Counted from the first letter of the stretch, positions 28,627 to 38,056 are shown. The stretch: 64,000 nt of DNA from Candidatus Latescibacterota bacterium (GCA_965262145.1 OZ253501.1:3427435-3491434), one strand, 5' to 3'. Numbers and translations are program-made. The notes: a model not told the origin generated them from the sequence alone.

Positions 28627-28882
28627 TATACCCATACCTGCCACCAATTATCACAGGCGCCAGGCCTTCTGAAAAAGCCCCAGCAAAGTCAAATTGCGGC
28701 TTGGCAACAAATTGTTCTTCCTTGTTGATATACCCCCACTTGCCACCAATTTTCACAGAAGCCAGGCCTTCTGAAAAAGCCCTAAATACTCCACTAAAAC
28801 GGGGTAACTCTAGCTGAGGAAGCCGATAGGCTGACGAAGCATCTTTTACCTCTGAAGTATATAGATAATAGGAGATGAACTG
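28601..28882 (-). pseudogene. start-less 3' fragment of a WG-repeat (KWGYI-type) protein gene
   Basis: The minus-strand frame opens directly after a TAG and has no ATG: ...LPRFSGVFRAFSEGLASVKIGGKWGYINKEEQFVAKPQFDFAGAFSEGLAPVIIGGRYGYISKESFEK*. Confidence 0.6.
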
Positions 28883-28888
28883 CTATCG
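28780..28888 (-). repeat. right copy of the island-bounding inverted duplication
   Basis: The reverse complement CGATAGCAGTTCATC...TATCGGCTTCCTCAGCTAGAGTTACCCCGTTTTAGTGGAGTATTTAGGG matches 12667-12721. Confidence 0.8.
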
Positions 28889-28998
28889 CAGTTGTACACC
28901 GCTCCTTCGACTCCGCTGCGCTCCGCTCAGAATGACAGGTGCAGGATATTGTGCCTCTGCGTAACGTCAGACCTTAATTTAATTCAAAATATGCCCCC

Positions 28999-29030
28999 GA
29001 AAAAAAGCCAAACGAAATTTCGTTTGGCTC
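28999..29030 (-). terminator. rho-independent terminator downstream of tRNA-Pro
   Basis: Minus strand reads AGCCAAACGAAATTTCGTTTGGCT followed by TTTTTTT. Confidence 0.6.
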
Positions 29031-29107
29031 GTATCTTATTTATTCACATCTGTTTATAAAGAACAAAATATTGGGGTTGCAAGAAAAACTCACAACCCCT
29101 TGTTTAT

Positions 29108-29184
29108 TGGTCGAGGTGGAGGGATTTGAACCCCCGGCCCCCTGCTCCCAAAGCAGGTGCTCTACCGGACTGAGCCACACCTCG
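29108..29184 (-). tRNA. tRNA-Pro (anticodon UGG), CCA encoded
   Basis: Hand-folded: acceptor CGAGGTG/CACCTCG, D arm GCTC/GAGC, anticodon arm CCTGC-TTTGGGA-GCAGG, T arm GGGGG-TTCAAAT-CCCTC. Confidence 0.9.
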
Positions 29185-29241
29185 TTTCTACTACCTAAAG
29201 TACGGGATTCGGAAAATATTGTCAATAGAAAGAAGCCAGTT

Positions 29242-30186
29242 TTATCGCGTCCCCGCCATAATCGCCTCGGCCAATTCCATCGTCTTAATCGCCTCCTCTA
29301 AATTTGCCGCGGGAAGCGCGACGGGGCGATCTTCTTTGACGCAATCGATAAAAAATCGGTTCTGTTCGTCTGTACCCGACCCATTTCCGCTCAACGCCAT
29401 TTTCTCCCCATCGCAAAAAACCTCTCCGCGCGACACACCCTCCATATAAGCAGAAATCTCGTGCCCGTGAATCTCATAACGCTCCAGCCTGGCATTGGTC
29501 GTATAATTGTGAATAAGCTGCGCGACAACCCCATTTTCAAACGCGACGAGAGCCGCGTGTACATCCCGATAACCGGACATGGACCGCTGCACCACACTGT
29601 GTACCTCAGAAACATCAGCACCTGCCAAAAAGCGGATGGTATCAATAGCGTGAATCGGCGTTTCAAAAAGCATACAATCCATCAGCACCTCGGAAAACTT
29701 GCCCGAATTGCCCAACTCTGTGATGCTCTTGTGGAACTCCCCCAACAACTGCGTCACAGGGCCGCGATCCAGCACCAGGTTTCGCGCCTCGACAATAATC
29801 GGATGAAATCGCCGATTCCACCCCACCATGGCTTTCGCGCCCGTTTCTTCTGATGCAGCTTTTAACGCTTTGGTTTCTTTTAGGCTCAAACCGGGCGGCT
29901 TTTCCAGAAAAGTATTGACGCCAGCCTCCAAACACGGCAATGCAAGCGTAGCATTTAGGTGTGCAGGAGGCGCGACAAAAACAGCGTCGAGAGCCTCACC
30001 CTCGAGCAACGCGGCAACATCGCCGTATTGCCCTTCAATCCCGTACTCTTCACACACGGACTCGCGGATCTCCACAACCGGATCGCAAACCGCAGCGAGA
30101 TGTACATCTTCAAATCCATTCAAAATTCGGATGTGTCCCCTGCCCCGGCCACCACATCCAATCACGCCAACGCGTACGCTATCCAT
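29242..30186 (-). CDS. Gfo/Idh/MocA family oxidoreductase
   Basis: VGVIGCGGRGRGH Rossmann motif. Start at the ATG at 30186 after GAGGAGG. Confidence 0.8.
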   Translation of the reverse strand: MDSVRVGVIGCGGRGRGHIRILNGFEDVHLAAVCDPVVEIRESVCEEYGIEGQYGDVAALLEGEALDAVFVAPPAHLNATLALPCLEAGVNTFLEKPPGLSLKETKALKAASEETGAKAMVGWNRRFHPIIVEARNLVLDRGPVTQLLGEFHKSITELGNSGKFSEVLMDCMLFETPIHAIDTIRFLAGADVSEVHSVVQRSMSGYRDVHAALVAFENGVVAQLIHNYTTNARLERYEIHGHEISAYMEGVSRGEVFCDGEKMALSGNGSGTDEQNRFFIDCVKEDRPVALPAANLEEAIKTMELAEAIMAGTR

Positions 30187-30196
30187 AATATCCTCC

Positions 30197-31213
30197 TCAA
30201 CCTGTCCACTCCGCGGGATCAATATCTATCCACCTCGCATCAGTTTCGCCCCACTTATTGGGCGCCGTGTCGATCTCGTATTTGGCAAAAACCCGATCTA
30301 TTGCCCGCTTTGTATCCTCATCCAATGTCCACCCCAGAGCACCCATATTGTCCTCCACCTCTTCCGGCTTTCGCGCCCCCACCAGTGCCGTGCTCACAGC
30401 CTGGTGAGACAACACCCAATTCAGCGCCATGTGCGGCAGATTTTTGCCCAGCTCCGCGGCGATTTCCTTCAACTCATTCACCGCCCGGACATTCCGCTGA
30501 AATATACCCGGATCAAACAGGCGCAAGGTCGTATTGCTACCGCCTCTTCTGCGCCAATCATTATCTTCAAAAACCGTATCTTCTGTAAACGCGCCAGCGA
30601 GCAGGCCATAAGCCAGAGAACCGTAAGTCATCACCCCCACACTATTTGCTTCCGCGTATGGAAACGTCCATTCGATATGTCGCCGATCGAACAAATTGCA
30701 CCCGTATTGCAACACATCCGCGCGACGCGCATCCATACACCGCGCAATTTCCGGAGGCGTAAAATTTGACAGCCCTACAAATCGCGTCTTCCCGGCCTGG
30801 ACGATTTCTTCTAAAGCACCCATGGTCTCTTCAAAAGGCGTATCGCGGTCGGGCCAATGCACCAGATACACATCGACGTAATCCGTATTCAGCATCTCCA
30901 AACTTTGCTCAATCGCCCGGTGGACCATCTCTTTGCTGCTATCTCTGCCCTGCTTGTATCCAATGCCGAACTTTGTGACCAAAATCACATCTTTACGCCT
31001 GGGTCCCAATGCCCGTGCAAGCAACCGCTCAGACGTACCACTGCCATATCCCTGAGCCGTATCAAAACAATTGATACCCAGATCGATGGCGCGATTGACC
31101 GCGGCAACGACCTCAGCATCATCAATAGACCCATAACCGCCGCCCAATTCCCAGCATCCAAAACCGATTGCCGAAACCTTCAAACCCGTCTGTCCAAACT
31201 CGCGATATTCCAC
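30197..31213 (-). CDS. aldo/keto reductase
   Basis: 338 aa; GFGCWELGG, DTAQGYG and LVHWPD motifs. Confidence 0.85.
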   Translation of the reverse strand: MEYREFGQTGLKVSAIGFGCWELGGGYGSIDDAEVVAAVNRAIDLGINCFDTAQGYGSGTSERLLARALGPRRKDVILVTKFGIGYKQGRDSSKEMVHRAIEQSLEMLNTDYVDVYLVHWPDRDTPFEETMGALEEIVQAGKTRFVGLSNFTPPEIARCMDARRADVLQYGCNLFDRRHIEWTFPYAEANSVGVMTYGSLAYGLLAGAFTEDTVFEDNDWRRRGGSNTTLRLFDPGIFQRNVRAVNELKEIAAELGKNLPHMALNWVLSHQAVSTALVGARKPEEVEDNMGALGWTLDEDTKRAIDRVFAKYEIDTAPNKWGETDARWIDIDPAEWTG

Positions 31214-31224
31214 AATAACCTCCT

Positions 31225-32301
31225 TTATGCACGTTCAAACTTCGGTTGCCTGGGTGCAAAACCGCGATCCATGCGATAGGGACAGTCTTTCAACGGCAGA
31301 TGCACCCGCTCGCCCCCTCGTTGGTGCGATTCGACAAAAGCAAAAATCAATTCTTGATTGGCATGTGCCAACCGCACACCACACCGCGTCGGTTCACCCG
31401 TATCCAGCGCGTGTGCCAGGTCTTCAATCAAATGCACCGTTGAACTCGTCGGCTCCACCTCTGGAAAATCCCCTAACCCCAGCACATTCCGTCCCCTGTG
31501 ATCGTGCCCAACCACCTCGCGCACCTGCCACCCTGCGCCATTTTGCAAACTCGTCACAACCCCCGCATCGCCCACAGCTTCAACCTCCAAACCGCGTCCA
31601 GAATTGAGGGCATAAGCCGTCACACCATTTTCAAACTGGATAATTCCATGCCCCACCGGATCCGCCTTCAAAATATTCCCTTCAATCTCATCCGCTCCCT
31701 GCGATAGATGTGCCTGCACCCACAACGCGGGATGGTCGCTATTGAGGCGCATCAACAGATCAAAACTGTGACTCGCACCATTGAAAAGAGAACTCGTCTG
31801 ATGAATGATCAGCGACCGCAATTGCCCAATGCGCCCGCTGTCAATCACTTCCTTCATACTGTCATACCCTCGATCCCATCGCCGATTGGTCCCCAAATTG
31901 AAAAACACACCATTGCGCTCACACGCATCGACCATCGCATCGGCATCCGCCATAGAAGCCGCCATCGCCTTCTCCGCATAAATCGCCTTTATCCCGTGCT
32001 CGGCAGCATACACCACAATTTCTGCGCGTTGCTCTGGCTGCGTGGCCACGCTCACAATATCTGGCTCTTCCGTATCGATGAGCGCCCGATAATCCGTGTA
32101 TTGCCGCGCTTTTGGAACCCCATATCGCTCGCCCGCCTGCGCCATCACATCTTCGCGCAGGTCCGAACACGCGACCAAATCCGTTCGATCACAGGCCTCG
32201 TATCCCGCTGCATGGGAATACGCCAGCGTGTGATCCACCTCATTGTCGATAAATGCTCCCATCCGACTGCATCCAATCAGTGCTGCGCGGTATGTTTTCA
32301 T
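31225..32301 (-). CDS. Gfo/Idh/MocA family oxidoreductase
   Basis: N-terminal Rossmann fold (YRAALIGCSRMG) and EKAMA motif. Confidence 0.75.
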   Translation of the reverse strand: MKTYRAALIGCSRMGAFIDNEVDHTLAYSHAAGYEACDRTDLVACSDLREDVMAQAGERYGVPKARQYTDYRALIDTEEPDIVSVATQPEQRAEIVVYAAEHGIKAIYAEKAMAASMADADAMVDACERNGVFFNLGTNRRWDRGYDSMKEVIDSGRIGQLRSLIIHQTSSLFNGASHSFDLLMRLNSDHPALWVQAHLSQGADEIEGNILKADPVGHGIIQFENGVTAYALNSGRGLEVEAVGDAGVVTSLQNGAGWQVREVVGHDHRGRNVLGLGDFPEVEPTSSTVHLIEDLAHALDTGEPTRCGVRLAHANQELIFAFVESHQRGGERVHLPLKDCPYRMDRGFAPRQPKFERA

Positions 32302-32317
32302 AGTCTGCTCCCAAGAC

Positions 32318-33418
32318 CTAAACGTGAAAGATGTACAAATCCCTTTCTTCCAACGGCAGATTTATCCAGGAACTCCCCCGACGGTGGCTCTCTGCCACGG
32401 CAATACATGCCTCAGTGATATGATGGGCAACCTCCACATGCCCCAACGCCGGACGCCCTTGCTCGTAAGCGTCTATCAAATCCTCAAGACACGACACCAC
32501 ATGGCTTTTTGCCTCAACAGGCGCGATCTCTGCATCATCCCACCCCTGGCGTTTGCCGACCATAGTACCAGTTTTTCTCAGCTTTATGCCATCGCCGTTA
32601 TTGATCGAACGAATGCACCCCTTTGTCCCTATCACCTCAAATTCCCATCCGCCGGCGGGTACAGACCAGGCTTCCACGCCATTTTCAAATCGCAATTGAA
32701 AAGTTGCTCTCGGATCAAAAGCAATGTGATTGTCCTCAATTGCAAAATCTCGCGGCAACAATTCACCCCGCACCGCTTCGATCTTCGGGTCGCCCAGAAA
32801 AAAAGAAAGCGTATCTATGGAGTGAATATGCCCGTGCATCAAAGATGAGGCCGCGTAGTGAATAGCTGCTCTGGGTTCACCAATTTCACCCTCGGCAATT
32901 GCGCGACGCACAGCGTGATAGCTCTCGTTAAAACGTCTCAAAACACCCGTATTAAACACAGTAGCATTGGCTTTCACAGCTTCTAAAATCTCATCTGCCC
33001 GCGCTATTGAACTCGCCATGGCCTTCTCCACATACAACATCGGCACCCCAGCATTGGCAAGGCTCACTGTTAAATCCGCATGCGAATCGCCCCTGAAATT
33101 GGCATCGGGTGCTTCATGGGCAGGCTTAAACAAACCCGATGCGGTTGTACACACCGCCACCAGATCGAGCGACTCTCGATCCACCATCTCCAGATAATCC
33201 TCGTACACAGCCTCCACACCCCATCGCCGGGTAAAAGCTGCCCGCTTATCTGCCTGCAAATCGGAGCCAGCGACCAGTTCGAGTTGATCTATCACCTCAC
33301 AACAGGCCGCAATAGAATACGGTTTTACAGCATGCCCTTCATCGTCAATGGTGCTACCCATTCGCCCCAATCCAATAATGCCCACGCGGTAGGTTTTCAA
33401 AACGCACCTCCTATTCAC
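32318..33418 (-). CDS. Gfo/Idh/MocA family oxidoreductase
   Basis: YRVGIIGLGRMG and VEKAMA motifs. Confidence 0.75.
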   Translation of the reverse strand: MNRRCVLKTYRVGIIGLGRMGSTIDDEGHAVKPYSIAACCEVIDQLELVAGSDLQADKRAAFTRRWGVEAVYEDYLEMVDRESLDLVAVCTTASGLFKPAHEAPDANFRGDSHADLTVSLANAGVPMLYVEKAMASSIARADEILEAVKANATVFNTGVLRRFNESYHAVRRAIAEGEIGEPRAAIHYAASSLMHGHIHSIDTLSFFLGDPKIEAVRGELLPRDFAIEDNHIAFDPRATFQLRFENGVEAWSVPAGGWEFEVIGTKGCIRSINNGDGIKLRKTGTMVGKRQGWDDAEIAPVEAKSHVVSCLEDLIDAYEQGRPALGHVEVAHHITEACIAVAESHRRGSSWINLPLEERDLYIFHV

Positions 33419-33500
33419 AATCCCATTTTACAGCCGAATGCTTGCATTATGCCATAAACAAGCGAACAACACAATCACAATTTCGAGCCTATTTTTTGAT

Positions 33501-34955
33501 CTATTGCCCCCGGAAATCATGCCAGAACCGCATCACAAACGCCCAGGCAAACAAACGCATCGCAATAGCATAGGCAATGCTCCCAATCACTCCTCCCAAC
33601 AACAGAGATTCAACATGCCCCAGATCGGTCAATAAACGAACCGCAACCAGCGCAGCGGCGACCAATAGCGTTGTCAGCAATGGTCGAACAAATGATTTCA
33701 AATAATCGGCCATTCGCAGATTGATCAAACGGTTGACCAGTATTTGCGTAACCACGAGAAATAACGCAGCAGCCGCTGAAAGCACGGCGGCGATCCCATC
33801 GATACCATAGCGCACCCCCCAATAGAGCGCGGGTACGAAAACAATCAGATTTACAAGCGTCCATCGGAATGACCAGTCTGCCTTTCCTTTGGCGAGAAAA
33901 ACTGACCCCACAACCGTACCCACAGCTTTAAGCATACCAGCTAAAACCAACAGCCTGAGTGAATTAAGAGCCGGCAATATCTCCTCGCCTTTTACGAACA
34001 ACAAAATCTCTCGCCCATAAATAAAACCACCTATGAGCGCGGGCCAGGCCAAAAGGGCAATCGCAGTAATGGTGCGCGTATATCCCCGTCGCAAAGTCCG
34101 ATTATCGCTCTGCACCACTGAAAAAGCCGGAAAAATTACCCGCGTAAGCACAACACTTGCCCGATTCAATGGAACCATAGTGTATTGATAGGCAAAAGCG
34201 TACATACCCGCAGCAACAGGCCCCAGTAAAACGGGAACAAAATAGACCTTGTCCAGATTATTGTTGATATTGTTGAGCAGATTTGCGCCAGAAACATTGA
34301 ATCCAAATGGCAGGAGATCCTTCAGCTTTGCCCAACTAAACGACAGCGACGGCATCCAGGCAGCAGCAATCCACAAACCGCCCAACAATGCAATCTCTCT
34401 CGCTATTGTATTCCAAACCGCACTTTTTATGCCCCAACCACCAACGAGAAGGCCAATGCCAACAATTGCCGCAATCAACGCAGCGGCCATTTCACTTATT
34501 GCTATGGATTGAAAGCGCAATTCCCGAGCCAGAATCGCTTTCACAATGCCCGAAACAGATGCAAGGGGAATGATCAAAGCCATGGGTTTTGCAATATCAA
34601 AAAACGCCGCAATATTCGGCGTTCTCCCCAACCAGATAATCAGAAGCCACTCACTTGCAATAAACCCGGCAAAAAGCACCACGCCCACAAAAAGACAGGT
34701 CCAAAAAGCAGAAGAAATGTGGACGCGAGAGGCATTCTGGTATTTTACCAGGGCATCATTTAAACCCAATACACCAACCATCTGGAACAAAATTAAAACG
34801 CGCTGTGCCCAGATGAAATACCCCATATCTTCCAGATTTAGAATCCGAAAAAAAATCAGTGTCACGATTAGATGCACGCCCAACCCGCCACTGGTCCAAA
34901 ACGCACCGCGCACCGCTCGTGTTGCCAGAGATTGACTGCTCACATCCTCCCCCAT
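33501..34955 (-). CDS. polysaccharide/oligosaccharide flippase (Wzx/MOP superfamily)
   Basis: 484-aa polytopic membrane protein with Wzx-like N-terminal text (GAFWTSGGLGVHLIVTLIFFRIL). Confidence 0.6.
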   Translation of the reverse strand: MGEDVSSQSLATRAVRGAFWTSGGLGVHLIVTLIFFRILNLEDMGYFIWAQRVLILFQMVGVLGLNDALVKYQNASRVHISSAFWTCLFVGVVLFAGFIASEWLLIIWLGRTPNIAAFFDIAKPMALIIPLASVSGIVKAILARELRFQSIAISEMAAALIAAIVGIGLLVGGWGIKSAVWNTIAREIALLGGLWIAAAWMPSLSFSWAKLKDLLPFGFNVSGANLLNNINNNLDKVYFVPVLLGPVAAGMYAFAYQYTMVPLNRASVVLTRVIFPAFSVVQSDNRTLRRGYTRTITAIALLAWPALIGGFIYGREILLFVKGEEILPALNSLRLLVLAGMLKAVGTVVGSVFLAKGKADWSFRWTLVNLIVFVPALYWGVRYGIDGIAAVLSAAAALFLVVTQILVNRLINLRMADYLKSFVRPLLTTLLVAAALVAVRLLTDLGHVESLLLGGVIGSIAYAIAMRLFAWAFVMRFWHDFRGQ

Positions 34956-34974
34956 TTTTGTTCATGCACATCCT

Positions 34975-36930
34975 CTACCACGAATGCATGTGATGCCCCC
35001 GCCCGGGAAACCAAATCTGATCCACCACATAGGACGTGAACACGGCAAGCCCATAGCCCACCAGCATCCCGACAAAAAAGGGCCGACTGCGCCGATAAAG
35101 CGAAGCTCCCCCAATGCGAAGAATAATAGCTTTGGCGCTCCACGCAATCAAAATAGACATAGTCGAATGCATCGCGTGACCAACCGGCACAATCATCCCA
35201 ATCTGATGCAGGGGCCACCATGTAAAGCGATACCGCAAAAAACTCATAACACTAAAAATGAGTGCTCCAGCACCGATAAACAAATAGCGTTCGGGTTTGT
35301 ATTCGGGCACTTCTTTTAAGGCGTTGACCAGACCGTCGTACACCCGCGGCGGATAGCGCGTAAAAGGAAGATCATTAAAATTATACGCGCCGTGTGTATA
35401 ACTCAAAAAAAGCGTCAGAATCACCGTCCCACCGATCCCAACGATGAGTGTCAAAAGCACGGTCATCAACAAACGCCCCTTTTGCTGCTGGATCAACTCG
35501 CCCAACCTGGCAACGTGAACCAGAGGCACCATAAACATTGCCTTGCTCTGGCAACGCAAGGCAGAAAACAGCGTGATCGAAGTTCTCGCACCCGCCGAAT
35601 AATCTGCCGGATGAAAAAACAGATCTGCGAAACCGGCCTCGCTGATAGGCATGCTCATATACACCACGCCGGTTTCGGCAATCACACGGGCAAGCCCAAC
35701 ATAAGCGATGAATAAACCCAGGGTTAACAGACACGCAAAATTCCATTCCAATCCCATAGTACGCAGCCACAACAGCAAGAACAACACGCTGATCCCAAGC
35801 GAAATAACCGCCATGCGATGCGACATCAACTCATCCGAATCATCCACCGTATCGTCGCCCCATAACGCCTTGCGAAACACATCCTTCAAATGCAACCGCG
35901 CCGTCCAAAATGTCCAGAAGACCAGAGCAATAAATGCACCGGCACTTTGCAGCCCAGCCACCGCATCGCCGGGACCCGTTTTGGCCGTCAATGTGAACCC
36001 AATTCGACGAAAAAAAGCAATCTCATTGAGGTATAGAACATGAAATACCAGAATGGAAAACAACACATCCACATTGGCAAAATACGCAAAGCCAATGGTA
36101 AAAAAATTCACCCCTGTATGCTGCGGCGGATAAAATCGGGCAAAATAAAACCACTGCTGTCCCAACCAGATAATGGGAATACCGGGGTTGAAATACGACA
36201 AAATATTCCACGCTTTGATAAAAAAAATCAGGCCGCATCCAATCCAGAACAACCGATTGTACAAAATGCCCTCCCGCTTTGGCGCGTCGGCAGCCGAGGC
36301 CAGTTCTACCGGAGGACCGAGCACGGGATAGGCCACGCGCTCGTGCTCAGACCACTGTTTTCGCAACATACTCGAAAGCGCGATAGACGCCAGAACAATG
36401 GCTGCGACAACGCTCAACCACCAGAACAGCGGAACAACCCACACATCCCAAGGAATGGATTGTCCCGCAGGCAGGCCCTCGTAAAGCCATTGCATGGCGT
36501 GGCCTTCATTGCTCGGCACCAGCCAATCGGGCAAATGCGGATGGACAAATTCCGACCATTGATTTTCGGGCGTCGCCAGATAATGCGGCACCGAAATCAT
36601 GCCCAGAAAAAAACTCGTCAAACCATAAGCGGGAATGGCCGCACCCAAAAGCCCCATCGCCAACACCACCAGCAACTCGGTTTGACACAGCGCATATCGG
36701 GGCTTTATCCAGCGCACCAACTGATTCAGCAACACCACCAGCACATAGGTACACAACAATACCATTGGGAAATGGCTGATATTCATACGCGATGTATGGG
36801 CGAGATACTCGGCATGCGTATTCCAAAACGCAATCCACAGCACCACGACCATACCAAAAAGAACAGCCCTGAGCGTAATACCCTCGCGCGTTGCTACATC
36901 TGTTGTATTTGAGGTTTGTACTTCGGCCAT
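34975..36930 (-). CDS. 651-aa polytopic membrane protein of unknown function
   Basis: Long ORF with many hydrophobic segments; no family recognised. Confidence 0.55.
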   Translation of the reverse strand: MAEVQTSNTTDVATREGITLRAVLFGMVVVLWIAFWNTHAEYLAHTSRMNISHFPMVLLCTYVLVVLLNQLVRWIKPRYALCQTELLVVLAMGLLGAAIPAYGLTSFFLGMISVPHYLATPENQWSEFVHPHLPDWLVPSNEGHAMQWLYEGLPAGQSIPWDVWVVPLFWWLSVVAAIVLASIALSSMLRKQWSEHERVAYPVLGPPVELASAADAPKREGILYNRLFWIGCGLIFFIKAWNILSYFNPGIPIIWLGQQWFYFARFYPPQHTGVNFFTIGFAYFANVDVLFSILVFHVLYLNEIAFFRRIGFTLTAKTGPGDAVAGLQSAGAFIALVFWTFWTARLHLKDVFRKALWGDDTVDDSDELMSHRMAVISLGISVLFLLLWLRTMGLEWNFACLLTLGLFIAYVGLARVIAETGVVYMSMPISEAGFADLFFHPADYSAGARTSITLFSALRCQSKAMFMVPLVHVARLGELIQQQKGRLLMTVLLTLIVGIGGTVILTLFLSYTHGAYNFNDLPFTRYPPRVYDGLVNALKEVPEYKPERYLFIGAGALIFSVMSFLRYRFTWWPLHQIGMIVPVGHAMHSTMSILIAWSAKAIILRIGGASLYRRSRPFFVGMLVGYGLAVFTSYVVDQIWFPGRGHHMHSW

Positions 36931-37103
36931 AATCCACCTTTCTCAATCACCTGCCTGACATCAGCTACCAAACTAATAACAGGAGACAAAAGATGCAACC
37001 TGCAACAGTGCATCTCTCACCTCCTGTAAATGAATCTACGGAGTGGTTTATCTACGAATGGAGTTCGCACTGACTTTGGGTGACGAGGTTCGTCTATTCG
37101 CCG

Positions 37104-37559
37104 TCACGCAAATCCATCTGCCCGATTTCTGCGCCCCCACAAGCGATGTTCAAAAGTGACAGCGCCAGTAACACTGCACCCCAGCCGCCTGAACCCCACC
37201 GATTCAAAAACGGCCATTGCGCCTGCCCTATCGCCGGGCACAACCACCTCCAACAACCGCAACCCCGCCTCCCGCAAATGCTCTGTCAGCGCGTTGACCA
37301 ACTGCGTTGCCACACCAAAGCGCCGATGCGTGTCACACACCCCAAGCCCCACAATCGCGGCCTGCATCTCATCCTGCAACCACGCCACAAACCCAATCAC
37401 ACAGTCGCTCTGCACGGCCACAAGTGTCTGCTCCACAGCTATGGAAAAACGGTCACCCGAAAAACCCACAACACATTGTGGCCCAATCATTTTCACTAAT
37501 TCTTTAAGTGGTTTTCTATCGGAAACTCGCGCTGGGCGCACGGTTAAATTGGGTAACAT
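37104..37559 (-). CDS. GNAT family N-acetyltransferase
   Basis: HRRFGVATQL acetyl-CoA-binding motif. The start overlaps the upstream stop (TAATG). Confidence 0.75.
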   Translation of the reverse strand: MLPNLTVRPARVSDRKPLKELVKMIGPQCVVGFSGDRFSIAVEQTLVAVQSDCVIGFVAWLQDEMQAAIVGLGVCDTHRRFGVATQLVNALTEHLREAGLRLLEVVVPGDRAGAMAVFESVGFRRLGCSVTGAVTFEHRLWGRRNRADGFA

Positions 37560-38056
37560 TAGTTCTGGACCGAGTCATTCTGCTCGCAGATGTAATCGAA
37601 AACAACAACTGCGACATGGGTGCAAACCGCTGTCACCGTATTCCAATCGTGCCACTGTGCGGCGAGATCCTTGTATTCGGAAAGTTCCGTATCCTCTAAA
37701 TCGTAGGGCAAGGGACTTGAGAGTTGCACCTGTAATTGTTGCAATACGGACTCCCCGTTATCCTGGCGGTACAACCTGTCAAAAGGTCGCATGGCCTCTG
37801 CTATGTCCTGGTCGTCCATTTGGTGTGCAAGTGCAGCAAAGTCGAGATAGTCGCGTGTCGCGCGTTTGAGAATCAGCACACCTTTGATGCGGAGGATTTC
37901 CGATCTGGTTGGAATGGTCAACGTCTCACCCCGATGTTGGAGCATTGTCGTTTCCAGAGGCTCGCCGCGGATCAGTTGACGCACACCCGTCTCAATTCCA
38001 TCGAGGCTACCGAGTACACGATCCCACTCAGGAAGTATCGCGGTGTTTTTTGACAT
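37559..38056 (-). CDS. AbiEii/DUF1814-like C-terminal-domain protein (uncertain)
   Basis: IPTRSEILRIKGVLILKRATRDYLDFAAL resembles the C-terminal region of AbiEii-type nucleotidyltransferase toxins. No N-terminal NTase motif seen. Start set at MSKNT. Confidence 0.35.
   Translation of the reverse strand: MSKNTAILPEWDRVLGSLDGIETGVRQLIRGEPLETTMLQHRGETLTIPTRSEILRIKGVLILKRATRDYLDFAALAHQMDDQDIAEAMRPFDRLYRQDNGESVLQQLQVQLSSPLPYDLEDTELSEYKDLAAQWHDWNTVTAVCTHVAVVVFDYICEQNDSVQN

Noticed and set aside
12690-28810. The repeat array as a CRISPR locus.
   Set aside because: The repeats are about 115 nt and the 'spacers' are 1-4-kb protein-coding genes. No cas genes and no short regular spacing are present.
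12690-28810. Canonical integron attC sites.
   Set aside because: The hairpin architecture fits, but I could not find inverted RYYYAAC / GTTRRRY boxes at the arm ends. GTTCAAC occurs only as a direct repeat, around copy R2. No intI gene is in the window. I therefore kept it only as 'integron-like', pending a proper model search.
29828-30769. The 313-aa plus-strand ORF, and similar long ORFs at 31708-32418, 36040-36912 and 37156-37869.
   Set aside because: They are antisense to well-supported oxidoreductase, membrane-protein and GNAT genes. Their Pro/Arg/Ser/His-rich, low-complexity translations are typical of wrong-frame reading.
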